Notes under the pieces: generated by a model
What the model saw: the letters and a program-made list of their open reading frames with translations, nothing else
Databases searched by the model: none
Told to the model about the DNA's origin: nothing
In this document: positions 1-10,767 of the stretch, in pieces
Layout of the letters: each line of letters begins with the position of its first letter
How positions within the stretch are numbered: position 1 is the first letter of the stretch
DNA from: Chiloscyllium plagiosum
Lineage: Eukaryota
Direction: 5' to 3'
Assembly: GCF_004010195.1 (NCBI RefSeq)
Contig: NC_057718.1
Span: forward strand, 36,254,501 to 36,277,909
DNA length: 23,409 nucleotides
Made by a program: the position numbers and the translations under genes

Positions 1-169
1 TTTTGACTTAACATGAAAGGCTTTTGGGTAAGTTACAATTGTGCAGTAAGGAAAACTTTAAATGAAATGCTTAGAAAATAGTTTGCAAAAGATTATCTTT
101 TCTGAAGTAGGAAAACACTTGGTCTTAAAATCAAAGAAATCTCAGAAGCAATTCAACCGTTGCCTTAGT

Positions 170-335
170 TCAATATTATGGCACTCTATCCTAATTCTAT
201 TTCATTGGATCTTCTCCTGTACTCTTTAATGTTTTTCTTTTTCAAGTATTCATGTAATTCTCTTATAAATGTCATGATTGACTGTGCTGCAATAGCTACT
301 TGTGAAAATGTATTTCATATTCTAATATATTTGCA
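170..335 (-). mobile_element. Highly decayed CR1-type LINE 3' fragment
   Basis: Reverse complement (attagaatatgaaatacatt...gacatttataagagaattacatgaatacttgaaaaag) resembles the CR1 ORF2 C-terminal 'WNxLP...FKRELDxYL' block seen in other copies in this window. Confidence 0.35.
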
Positions 336-665
336 TTATGGTTCAGCAAAATCAAATTGTGGTTTTTAAACTCATAACTTCATGGAGATTGTTTGGTGCA
401 CTGGGATAGAACTTACTCATTTCTACTCTACAATTTGGGTGCAAATCAGATGGACTGACATGATGGAAATTTCTCTATCTCAAGAGAAGCATCTCGCATG
501 AAGTGAATTTGAAACAGTGTTAACTATTCCTTGTGGGCATCAGAATCGCAACAATAACCTCAATCTACAGAAACTTAGACAGAAAGCATTGCAATTGTAT
601 TGGAGAAACATAGGACTGTTGCAGCAAGTAATTCTTTCTCAGCTTGGAGTTAAGGAACAGTAAAG

Positions 666-975
666 GTAGTTAGTGCTGCTGCCTCACAGCACCAGGGACT
701 CAGGTTCAATTCCAGCATCAGGCAACTGTCTGTGTGGAGTTTGCACATTCTCCCTGTGTCTATGTGCGTTTCCTCCCACAATCCAAAGATGTGCAGGTTA
801 GGTGAATTGGCCATGCTAAATTGTCCATTGTGTTCAGGGACATGTAGGTTAGGTGCATCAGTCAGAAGAAAATATGGGGTAGGGGAATGGGCCTGGGTGG
901 GTTACTCTTCGGAAGATTGGTGTGGACTTGTTGGGTCGAAAGGCCTGTTTCCAAACTGTCGGGATTCTAATTCTA
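666..975 (+). mobile_element. HE1/V-SINE-like tRNA-derived SINE
   Basis: tRNA-like head (tagtgctgctgcctcacagc...ggttcaattcc), V-domain (tgtgtggagtttgcacattctccctgtgtc...cctcccacaatccaaagatgtgcaggt) and LINE-derived tail (ggacttgttgggtcgaaaggcctgtttcc). Homologous to 7445-7725 and 12741-13078. Confidence 0.85.
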
Positions 976-987
976 AAGAGACAAGAT

Positions 988-1085
988 ACAAAACAAAGTA
1001 GTTGGAGCAACTCAACAAGTCTGGCAGAATCTGTGGAGAAAGAACTTTTGAATGTTTCAAGTCTGACTTAACTCTTCTTCAAAAG
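988..1085 (-). mobile_element. Decayed Penelope-like element end with degenerate hammerhead core
   Basis: Minus strand reads ttgaagaagagttaagtcagacttgaaacatt (CUGANGA-like, stem II, GAAA) followed by tctccacagattctgccagacttgttgagttgctccaac, the same layout as the arms at 6453-6664 and 12309-12513. Confidence 0.5.
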
Positions 1086-1401
1086 AGGGACATACATTTG
1101 GTTGCATTGTACTTGACCTGAAAATGATAGATGCCACCAGTATGTACAATATAAAAAAATTCCCTTTCACCTCTCACCTGTTAAGTACATCACTCATTTC
1201 AAAATCATTTAAAGATGTATAACTACATAAAATCAAATTTCCAAATTTTCTTAGAAAATAGGAAAAACCACTTGTTTTTATTTTTAGTGAGGTTACAAAA
1301 GTTGTGAGAATTACAAAAATTGTGAGAATTGTCAAACAGATTTATCAAAATGGGATTCAACTTAGAAGCAGTGACCTGTATGTCTATTTCTCTAATTCTT
1401 C

Positions 1402-1720
1402 AGATGTGGACATTACTGGCTAGACCAGCATTTATTACCCATTCCTAACTATCCATAGGGTAGTTAAGAGTTAATTACATTGCTGTTGGTCTGGGGTCAC
1501 TTGTAGGTTAGGTAAGGATAGTAGATTAACTTCCCAAAAAGTCCTTTGTGAAACAAATGGGTTTTCAACAACAACTACTGTGTTTACTATTACACTGGCT
1601 TCTTATTCCAGATATTTATTAAATCCAAATTTCATCACCTACTATGGTGGGATTTGAATGCATTTGTTCAGAAACTTAGCTTGGCCTTCTATATTGCTAG
1701 TTCAGTGACATCACCAAAGG
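1402..1720 (-). mobile_element. tRNA-derived SINE (second family) with LINE-shared tail
   Basis: Homologous to 5975-6192. The left end (gatgtgg...ccagcatttattacccattcctaa) matches the LINE 3' end at about 17930-17990; the right end (gtgggatttgaa...ctagttcagtgacatcacca) is a reverse-strand tRNA-like head. Confidence 0.6.
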
Positions 1721-1883
1721 CAGCTCCAGCTATAACTGTACTGAGGCAAACTAAGCCAACATGAGACAAGGTAGAATATTAGCTACTGACTGACTGAGGT
1801 AAGGCACTGCCCTCAGGTGATATTTGAGAGCACTTTGAGCGGAGTTCCACATCCATCGCTCCTTTCATCATCATCAACTCTCA

Positions 1884-2052
1884 TTGGACTGAGATGTGAA
1901 GAAATTTCTTCACCCAGCCAATGGTGAGCTTGTGGAACTCTCTGCTACTGAAAACAATTGAGGTCCAAAACATTGAATGTTTTCATGAAGGAGTTAGATA
2001 TGATTCTTTGGGCGCTAAGGATCAAAGGGTATAGGGAGAAACTGGGAACAGG
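1884..2052 (+). mobile_element. CR1 LINE 3' fragment
   Basis: actgagatgtgaagaaatttcttcacccag...gtgagcttgtggaactctctg encodes the 'TEMxRNFFTQxMVSLWNSL' block; near-identical to 14180-14230. Confidence 0.75.
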
Positions 2053-3589
2053 ATCAATAGTTAATGTACAGAGCCCCAGGACTGTATTTTCCCAGATCTC
2101 AGACTGATTTGACAAGCAGATCCCAAATGTAATTGATCAGACCCCTTACCATTTGTATTAGTAGGTACCCAAATGATATGCGATTCCCCTTGACTACTTG
2201 CGATGACCCTACAAACTGACTGTTGCCCACTTCCCGACTTTAGTCAGATATATCCCCTGATCATACCTAGCCTGAGTGGACAAATGACTGTACCAAAGTC
2301 ACTGAATTGTAGCAGGCTGTGCCCAAAGTTCAGAGATCTCCTGACCAAATGTGCACCAAAAATCTTCCCACCCTGCAACATTAACTGAACTAGCCTGCAC
2401 CCACATTTGACTTGGGCTTTGTGTTGAATAAGCATGTACAGTAGTGTGTTTACTACACAAGGAGCTGGCACATGCTATATTTGTTACATTGACATCTCAG
2501 TGTACCATACAGCAAAGTGTCTTCCCCTCCCCCAGACACACCCCTAATGACAAGCAGCCTGCCAGTGTGTCTGTGCAAATGACCATGTCAATACAGCAGT
2601 ACTGTAAGCCATTAGGTTCTGGCTGAGGTGCCAGTGCTCTAACAGACACAGTACAGCGAGGCATGTATTCTGCACTGGGCCTTACCATAACAGAGTTAAA
2701 GATATAGTTTAACTCCAGAACAGAGATACAGAAAACATGAAGTTATCATGGGCTGCACCTCAACTGGGAGGTTTTATTCCATAAATGCACATTCTGTAAA
2801 GTATGTGATAAAGCTCACAAACCTGGTTAATGATTCACCAGTGACTTACCTTTTAAGGTGACACTGTGCCTGTATAACATACACCAGCTATAATGCATAT
2901 CAGCACGTGTGCTGTGAGTCTGACAGTGGGTGCTAAGTGTGTGAGTGTTTAGAGAGCAAATGAGCAACTGAGTTGGAGCGTGGTCCAATCTGTGAGCTGA
3001 GTGCCTGTCCAGGCATACAAAGTGTCCTTGAAGCTATTGCATTGCCATTTGTTGGGGTGCCAATCTGAAAATACCAGGTGGATGCTCTGAGTTCCATATT
3101 GAGAATTCTCGATGTCTGGTTTGGTTGGCATGTTGAATATTGCTGAGGCAGATTGCAGTGTTAGTAAAGTGTTTACTCTCCAACTTTGAGATAGACCTCG
3201 CTCGGGACTTCTTGTGCAATTCTGCCATAAGTCTTGCCCTAGCCCATATCATTCTGGCCCCTTCAAGATTTCATCATCTGTTTTCTGTCTGCAAGCCAAT
3301 GCTCAGCTAAGGCTGATGTACAGTCTCCAATCAATGTGCTTTAATAAACACAATTTATCAAAATCTTTATGAAAATCTGAAGACAACACATCCAATGGTT
3401 CTAATCTAAACACATTACATCCAATGATTCTCCCTTATCTATTCTTCTAATTACATTCTCAAAAACTCCAGCAATAGTAGAATTAGAAATAGAATAGGTT
3501 TTATTGTTACATGTACTCATGTGAGAACAATGAATATTTTACTAGTTGCCATTTAGGCATAAAGGTACAGATTCTTAAGTACAGTAATA

Positions 3590-4690
3590 AGTGATTCTAT
3601 TACTGTGTCTGCACATATGACACCAGGCAAGTACATTTCATCCCATGATGCTTGTGTCAAGGATGTCACTGAGCACCTGTAGAACATTCTGACAGAAATG
3701 GGATAACATCCATTGGTTGTGGTCTACATCAGAATCAATGACATTGGTATTCTTCTTACGAAGTGAATACCTAGGATATTCCATTCCCAGTCATGTTTAT
3801 CTGCAACTATGTCTCCATAATTGCAATTATATTGGACCCATTTATAATCATTGGCACTGTTAAATTCTTATCTCAGAGGAATAGGCTCCTAAAGAAGAAG
3901 ATAGGGAGCTTAAAAATAAATTTTAAAATATAACAGGAGCTCAAATGTAGTAGTCTCCATATTATTCCCTGCATACCCCAACATACTTGCAAGATCTGGA
4001 ATGGGAGAAGGGACTAGATGAATGCACAGTTGGCGAAATGATGAAGGAGGGAGGGGTATAAATTCTTGAGACATTCGGACTGATTCTGGGGTAAATGGTG
4101 CTTACTCAAGTTACATGAGATCCATCCCAGCACAACCAGGCCAATATCCTCACAGGACCCTCTCTAGCACTGTGAGGGAGGACTTAAACTAAACTAGTAG
4201 GGAGATGGGTATCTGAGTGGGGAGATACAAGAAATACAAACAAAGTTAGAAATGAAAGGTAGAAAAATAGAAACTAAAAGCCAAAGGCAGAGGAAACAGG
4301 TTGGTACAAATGGGCCATAGTGCAAAGAAAATGTGTACAAAAGACAAACCTAAAAGTACCATAATACGTGCTTTGAGTATTCCTAATAAGATGGACAAAC
4401 TAACAGTGCAAATATTTATAACTGGGTGCTATGGACTGCAATTTTTTGGAGACATGACTGAAGAATGAACATCCAAGGGCAGTTCAATATTTACAAAGAA
4501 TGATCAAATGTAAAAAGGGACGTGGGATAGGTAGGAAAAGATGGAATTGGCTGAATGGTGCGAAAGGACATCAGCTTGGAAAATCTAGGTGTAGAATCAG
4601 TCTGGGTGAAGCAAAGAAGCAACTGGAAATATTAATGCATGTTGGCTGTAGGCATCCAGACATAGTAGTGAGGTAGGGAACAGCGTTAAA
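3590..4690 (+). mobile_element. Decayed CR1 LINE: ORF1 SGNH-esterase region and start of ORF2 endonuclease
   Basis: Translates in pieces as VKDVTEHLxNIL...PLVVVYIRINDIG (esterase blocks), then the ORF1 end (gtgagggaggacttaaactaaa) paralleling 9840-9862, then endonuclease-like 'VESVWV' and 'YRxP' remnants. Many stops and frameshifts. Confidence 0.65.
3750..3875 (-). mobile_element. Inverted CR1 endonuclease fragment inside the preceding LINE
   Basis: Reverse complement gcaattatggagacatagttgcag...gactgggaatggaatatcctaggtat corresponds to the 'AIxETWL...DWExNIxGY' endonuclease motif. Confidence 0.5.
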
Positions 4691-4960
4691 AAAAATGCTG
4701 CAGAGACACTGGCGAAATCTACTGGAAGTGGTGTAGTTTTGACATTAATGACTGTGAGGAGCTTGCTACCAATCACTCAAAATGGTATCGATTTGTCCAT
4801 CAAGCTGTAACACATTCTGATGAGTAGTGCAATATCAAAAAAAAGAAATTGAAGCAAATTCTGCTCTTGCTATTCCGTTACATCATAGGATGCCCTGCTC
4901 TATGTATTCAAGGACCTGGGTCGAGCATCAGCCTCTGCAGACACATGTAAACCCATGGCA
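4691..4960 (+). mobile_element. RTE-clade LINE 3' fragment
   Basis: Encodes 'DINDCEELATNHSKWYRFVHQAV' (resembles the RTE 'WExLAxDRxxWR' block), followed by a decayed Cys/His-finger-like stretch at about 4890-4955. Confidence 0.5.
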
Positions 4961-5126
4961 GAAATATATGACCATGAGGAGACATCATTCTAGTGTAATG
5001 CTAGATCTAAATACATGGATTGCCCGAAGATTATGAAACAGGGATTCTTTATTCCATTCGCAGTTTATAAACTTTAAGAGAAATGAAAGCTAAAATGAGA
5101 AAACAGAGCATTACTTTGGATTGAGC

Positions 5127-5287
5127 CTATAGTTCACATTTGACAAAGAAATCCTTTGTCTTTCTGTTTCTCTCAATGAAGCCCGTGCGTGATAAAGACA
5201 TCCTTTTTTCCAAAGAGGGTCCATAATAACCATCTGTCTCCTCTGCGCAATGCTCTCTCTCAACATTGTCATCTGCTGGTGGAAGCA
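5127..5287 (-). CDS. Weak candidate terminal coding exon of an unidentified host gene
   Basis: Pyrimidine-rich tract plus CAG acceptor, 52 open codons (LPPADDNVEREHCAEETDGYYGPSLEKRMSLSRTGFIERNRKTKDFFVKCEL) ending in TAG, and AATAAA on the minus strand at 5048-5053. Lies in sequence I cannot assign to a repeat. No homology recognised. Confidence 0.2.
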
Positions 5288-5671
5288 CTGTTACACGATA
5301 AGCAAGGGGCAGTCCATAATATTATTCAGTGAAGGTGATTATAAGATGCACACATGACATTACAAAAAGATACCAGTAAGCATCAATAGTGGATAAATAA
5401 ATAGGGAATTGATGATGGTTGGGAACTGCTGATGGTACGTGGGGAGTTATATGTGAAGAGCGAACACTTAGCAAAACAGATGAAAGATGTGTAAATGACA
5501 TTAGGTTGAAAGCGCAAGTTGTAGTTGAATCAACAAATGGACTCACGTTCTCAAATCAGCAAGGCCATTAGATCACAGCCAATGTAATGTCCATAACACG
5601 GGCACAACTTTTCTATTTCTCTCCTCATCAGACTTCTACAACTATATCTAGCAGATTTCTTCTTTTCATAG

Positions 5672-5897
5672 ATTCAAAGTGATCTGCAAAAGAATCAAGG
5701 AGTAACCTTTTCACTCAGTGTGTAGGTTTGGTATAGAATACTTGGAACTGCGCTGGAGGCAGTTTCAATGGAGGCATTCAAGAGGACATTGAATGATTCT
5801 TTAGATCAAAATAATATGCAGGGGTTTACAGAAAAGCAGGAGATTGGCATTTAATGAGCCAGTGCACGTGTGATAGGTATGCTTCTATGATTCTGAG
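5672..5897 (+). mobile_element. Decayed CR1-type LINE 3' end
   Basis: ttttcactcag...gaggcattcaagaggacattgaatgattctttag ('FTQ...AFKRxLxxxL') and a ttctatgattctga tail. Confidence 0.5.
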
Positions 5898-5974
5898 ATT
5901 GTTAACTTTGCTCAGACAAAATGTGTCTGTTCCCTAGCTGAATGAATCCGGAAGTAATTTCATTTTTATATTTC

Positions 5975-6192
5975 CATAGGATGTGGATACTTGTTGCCCA
6001 TCCTGAATTGTCATTGAACTGAATTGCTCGTTAGGTGATCTAGAGGAAAGTTACAAGTCATCAATATTGCTGAGGGTTTGGAGTTATGTGTAAGCTCAGA
6101 TAATGATGGGAGATTTCCTTCTCTAAAGGGGATTAGTGAACCAAATAGATTGTTAAAAACGATCAATGATAATTTTATGGTAAGCATTACCC
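5975..6192 (-). mobile_element. Partial copy of the SINE family at 1402-1720
   Basis: Collinear similarity to 1402-1590 (gatgtgg...gttacaagtca...attgctg...agatttccttctctaaagg...tagtgaaccaaat). Confidence 0.6.
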
Positions 6193-6199
6193 TGTGGCA

Positions 6200-7132
6200 C
6201 AGAAAGGTGAGTGATATATTTCCAATTCAGGATGGTGAGTGGCTTGGAGGGGAACTTGCAAGTGGTGATTTTCCAATGTATCTGCTGCCCTTATCCTTCT
6301 AGATGGAAATGGTCGAGGGTTTCGAAGTTGCAGTCTAAGGAGCTTTGGTGAAAATGTACAGTGAAACTGCTGCTTCTGTCCATTGATGGTGCAGGGAGTT
6401 AATCTTTGTGGCCGTGGAGCCGATTGCCTTGGATAGAGTTAAACTTCTTGTTGGAGAAAGTGAGGTGTGCAGGTGCTGGAGATCTGAGCTGAAGAGGGCA
6501 ATGCTGGGAAGGTACAGCTTGTCAGGCAGCATCTGAGGAGCAGGAGGATTGATGTTTCGAGCATAAGTTTTCCTGATGATGAACTTATGCTCGAAATGTT
6601 GATTCTCCTGCTCCTCGAATGCTGCCTGACTAGCTGTGCTTTTCCAGCACCACACTCTTCGACATTAAACTTCTTGTTTCTGGAGCTACACTCATCCAAG
6701 AAAGTGAGGAATATTCCATCATAGTCCTGACATGCGCTTTGTAAATGGGGGACAGGCTTTAGAGAATCAAGTGAGTGACTTGCAGCAAGATTCTTAGCCT
6801 CTGACTTGATGTTGTAACCATAGTATTTCTATGGCTAGTCTAGTTCTGTTTCAAGTCAATGGTTCAGTGCTTCAGTGATGGTGATGCCATTAACTGTTAA
6901 AGGGCAATAGTTAGGTTCTTTCTTGATGGAGAAGATCATTGCCTGTCACTTCTGTGGCACATATATTACATACAATTGGATGTAAATCTGGATATTGTTT
7001 AGGTGCTGCTGCATTTGAACTTCGGCTGCTTCAGTATCTGAGGAATTGCAAATGGTGCTGATCATTAGGCAGTCATTGCTGAACATCCCACAATGGAGGG
7101 GTGATCATTGATGAAGCAGCTGAAGATGATTG
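6200..7132 (-). mobile_element. Decayed L2/CR1-group LINE, RT-to-3' region
   Basis: Minus strand near 7060-7130 encodes IFSCFINDHPSI-VGMFSNDC (RT 'YIND...FADD' remnant). Its left end overlaps in sequence with 18105-18160. Interrupted by the insertion at 6453-6664. Confidence 0.75.
6453..6664. mobile_element. Fold-back Penelope-like element end with hammerhead core and 14-bp TSD
   Basis: Inverted arms meet near 6570. CTGATGA (6573-6579), stem II and GAAA (6593-6596) on the + strand. Flanked by direct repeat TTAAACTTCTTGTT at 6439-6452 and 6665-6678. Homologous to 12309-12513. Confidence 0.75.
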
Positions 7133-7291
7133 ATTCCCCCAGCTATTTCCACCTTCCCTGCAGGCAAGCTGCCGTTAGATTAATATCAACTCCTTTTGTT
7201 CTGCACTAACCTCTGAATTTTTAAACTTTTATCCCCTATTTAATGTCTCAATTTTCTAGTTTTGAATTATCATCTTTTTTCAATTTACCAG

Positions 7292-7444
7292 TTAGAGTCA
7301 TAGAGTCATAGAGATGTACAGCATGGAAACAGACCCTTTGGTCCAACCTGTCCATGCCGACCAGATATCCCAACCCAATCTAGTCCCACCTGCCAGCACC
7401 CGGCCCATATCCCTCCAAACCCTTCCTATTCATATATCCATCCA
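7292..7444 (-). mobile_element. HER1/CR1 LINE 3' terminus
   Basis: Octamer tail (tagagtca repeats, i.e. tgactcta on the minus strand) and CR1 3'UTR; reverse complement matches the + strand tail at 10495-10586. Confidence 0.85.
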
Positions 7445-7725
7445 CATCACTAGGGACCCTTGTTCAATTACTGCCTCTAGCGACTGTCTGTGTGGAGTTT
7501 GCACATTCTCCCCGTGTCTGCGTGGGTTTCCTCCGGGTGCTCCAGTTTCCTCCCACAGTCCAAAGATGTGCAGGTCAGGTGAATTTGCCATGGGAAATTG
7601 CTTGTAGTGTTAGGTGAAAGGGTAAATGTAGGGGAATGGGTCTGGGTGGGTTTCTCTTCAGCGGGTCGGTGTGGACTTGTTGGGCCGAAGGGCCTGTTTC
7701 CACACTGTAAGTAATGTAATAAATC
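7445..7725 (+). mobile_element. HE1/V-SINE-like SINE, 5'-truncated
   Basis: Well-preserved V-domain (tgtgtggagtttgcacattctccccgtgtctgcgtgggtttcctccgggtgctcc) and tail (ggacttgttgggccgaagggcctgtttccacactgtaagtaat). Confidence 0.9.
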
Positions 7726-7734
7726 AAAAACTTT

Positions 7735-7933
7735 GGGGTATCTGATGCACTCCAAGGTCTCTTTGTTCAGCAACACTCCCTAGGACCTTACCATTAAGTG
7801 TATAAGTCCTGCTAAGATTTGCTTTTCCAAAATGCAGCACCTCGCATTTATCTGAATTAAACTCCATCTGCCACTTCTCAGCCCCTTGGCCCATCTGGTC
7901 AAGATCCCGTTGTAATCTGAGCTAACCTTCTTC
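7735..7933 (-). mobile_element. CR1 ORF2 fragment (post-RT region)
   Basis: Translates as LQRDLDQMGQGAEKWQMEFNSDKCEVLHFGKANLSRTYTLNGKVLGSVAEQRDLGV, a typical CR1 block. Confidence 0.9.
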
Positions 7934-8829
7934 AGTGCTGGACCTTCTTCCAATGCAGGCAGAATGATGTAGGCAGTGATTTTGGACTATTTTTATTGCT
8001 TCACATACCACATTATGGCTCTGATCTCACTCATGCTTGTTGCTACTGCATTGCCAAAACATAATCAAAACACAGTTTACACATGTAAATGAGCTTGCAT
8101 CTCTTCTTAGAATAATCTGCCTTTGGATGTTCTGCTCTTCCTTGCCTGCTTTATTCTTTTGTCACACCACTGTTCAAAAAATAAATTTCTATGAAATCAT
8201 CCATACTTTAACCTTCATGGAGTCAGACTTTCATCAGCTTATGTTAATAAATGTTCATCTATTGGGACTTACAGCACAAATGTCATCAAGCTTTATCAGA
8301 TTTGACATAGTCCCTCATTAATTTGTGCTTTTAGTCCACCAGTGGTTGGTATTTACCACTAAACTGAATGCCTCAGGGGCAATGTACATGGTTCATGGTG
8401 ACAACATCATCAAAATAAATTTTAACATTTGGAGTACTATTTATTTCTTGCAATACATCGATGTAATAATTTCTGATGCTCAGATAATATGCCCTAGAGG
8501 ATAGATACTTAAGTTGTGGATATGTCCTTAGGATGCAAATGATTTTAAAGTATTATTTTTGTAGTTTAAGATTGATATTGCAGTGATAAAATATCCCTGA
8601 TATTTGTGTCTTTTATCTGTGATATTGATATTAGTTTTCCAGAAACCAATGATCTCATTGAACCTGCCAGCAGTCAATATGTTATACTGGGCATGAGCTA
8701 CAACACAATCTTCATTCAAGCTGTTCTTACTGGCAATTATACAACCATGGAATAAAACAAAAATGTTTTGTCCCTTGTTATCTTGAGTGAAACACAACTG
8801 GAGTGAATGTGTGGTACTGGAAATTTGGA

Positions 8830-10165
8830 GCATTGTGGGGACTCAGTGCAGAGGGAAGAGGCATTTTTTGCTTTCTTTAGTTGCTTTATATTTTAGGGTT
8901 CTATTCTAAAGTATTAAGGACCAGGGGAGAAAGGCCCCAGAGTATTTGGTATTCTTTGATATTAAGCAAGTTCCAAAAGTTTTAATTTGAAGGGGTAAGT
9001 CATGGCAGGACAGCTGAAAGCTGCGTCATACTTTTCCTGGGGGAAGCCAGGTGCAGTTCCAGTGCCTGGGCCAACAGCTGCGTAGGCAGCTCCCGAAGGC
9101 CGGGTTTCAGAGCTAAAGGGGCAGCTGGGAACACTATAGAGCATCATTGGAAAGTATCATGGATACCATGTATAGGGAGGTGGTCACTGTACAAACTAAG
9201 ACTCTACAAGCAGAAAGGGAGTGGATGAACACCAGGCAGAACAAAAGCACAAGGCAGGAGTCTCCTGTGGTTATTCCCCTGCAAAACAGAAAAACTGTTT
9301 TGCATCACAGTTGGCTCTGTTTCACAAGGGAGGAATTAAAAGAAATGTTGGAATGTAATAATTACAGGGGGTTGAATTAAAGAGAAAAACAAGCTTCTCT
9401 ATGGCTGCAAACATGATTCAAGGATGGTATGTTGCCTCCCTGATACAAGGTACAAGGATATCGCAGTGTGGCTACCATGCATTCTGGACAGGGAGGGTGA
9501 ACAGCCAGAGACCGAGGTACACATTGGTATAAACAACATAGGACCTCACTCTTTTGTTTTACCATGAAAACAGAATATTGGGATATTAAAAAATGATTTG
9601 AAAAGTCGGACCTTAAAAGTTATGATCTCACAATTGCTACCAGTGTCACGTGCTAGTCAGAGTAGAAATAGCAGGATATATCAAATGGATATGTTGATAA
9701 ATGGATAGTGCACGGGTAATGGCTTCAGATTCCTGGAGCATTGGGACTGGATCTGGGGGAGAGTGGATCAGTACAAAGTGGATGGGTCACACTTGGGCAG
9801 AACCAGGACTGAAGACCAAGGGGTAGTATTTACTAGAGTGGTTGGAGAGGCTTTAAACTAATAGGACAGGGGTAAAGGAACCTATGTATGGAGTCAGAAG
9901 AAGGTCAATCAGGACAAGAGCAAAACTCAGAAAGAACAATAAGAAAATTGATAGGCAGAGAAATCAAGGTCAAAGGTCAAACAGGAACACAGGAAAAAAT
10001 AAAGGGAAGAGGACAAATAATGTTTAAAAAAAGCACTAAAGTTTTGTGCCTTACTGAGCAATTGCAATAAAGTAGTCGTGCAAACAAATGAAGATAAAAG
10101 TGATGTAACTGGGATGCCAGAGACTGCAGGTGACCATGGACGGGAATTAAATATCCAGGGAAAGA
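8830..10165 (+). mobile_element. CR1 LINE 5' part: 5'UTR, decayed ORF1 with SGNH esterase, start of ORF2
   Basis: ORF 9147-9380 contains 'MYREVVT' and 'QESPVVIPLQNR'. Downstream are MVCCLPDTRxxDI, VHIGxN and 'gactgg...tacaaagtggatgggtcacacttg' (DGxH) esterase motifs, then endonuclease N-terminal remnants. Confidence 0.75.
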
Positions 10166-10175
10166 CAGATTAAAA

Positions 10176-10586
10176 AGGATTCAAATACAAGATCACGAAT
10201 GTTTTGTTGCAATTATACAGAGCCTTGGTGAGACCAAACCAGAAGTATTGTGTACAGCTTTGGCCTCCATATTTTGGGAAGGATGATCTTGTTATAGATG
10301 AAGTGCAGTAATGTTTCATTAGACTGATTCCTGGGATAGCAGGACTGACACATGAGAAAAGGATGAATTAGTTAGGATTGTATTCCCTGGAGTTCAGAAA
10401 AATGAGGGGGAGTAGATAGAAACCTAGAAAATCTAAATAGGACTCCACAGGGTAGATGCATTACTGATTAAAGAGAATGTCTGCAAGAACATGGCAAATG
10501 GGACTAGGTTAGGTTAGGATATCTGATTAGCATGGACGAGTTGGACTGAACGGTCTGTTTCCATGCTGTTCGTCTCTATGACTATG
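10176..10586 (+). mobile_element. CR1 LINE 3' fragment with 3'UTR
   Basis: LLQLYRALVRPxxxYCVQLWPP motif at about 10205-10270 and terminal gcatggacgagttggactgaacggtctgtttccatgctg...ctctatgactatg. Confidence 0.8.
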
Positions 10587-10648
10587 GCTATAACAGCTGC
10601 ACTAAGAGAGAACATCTTGGAGGGATCATTTAACAAGGCTAAAGATAG

Positions 10649-10767
10649 CACCTGAAAAGGGGCAGTGCTCCAAAAGCTTGTGATTTTTAAAAAAACCTGG
10701 ACTGTAACCTGGTGTCATATGACGATTGACTTTGTCCACCCCAATCCAACACCGGCACTTCCACATC
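10649..10767 (+). mobile_element. Penelope-like element end (third family) with degenerate hammerhead core
   Basis: cctgaaaaggggcagtgctccaaaagct has the CUGANGA / GGRGC-AGT-GCTCC / GAAA layout with core substitutions, followed by an A-rich stretch and ...tccaacaccggcacttccacatc, which I recall as a shark Penelope-type end. Confidence 0.5.

Noticed and set aside
1293..1330. 18-bp tandem duplication (TTACAAAARTTGTGAGAA x2)
   Set aside because: Ordinary local slippage duplication with no further structure.
2200..3300. Possible old DNA-transposon (Harbinger-like) remnant or exons
   Set aside because: Slightly GC-richer with several short ORFs and a minus-strand donor-like site near 2845-2851, but no motif, terminal repeat or coherent frame I can support.
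8528..8833. 101-aa ORF, or a plus-strand exon at about 8643-8754
   Set aside because: No recognisable homology; length compatible with chance.
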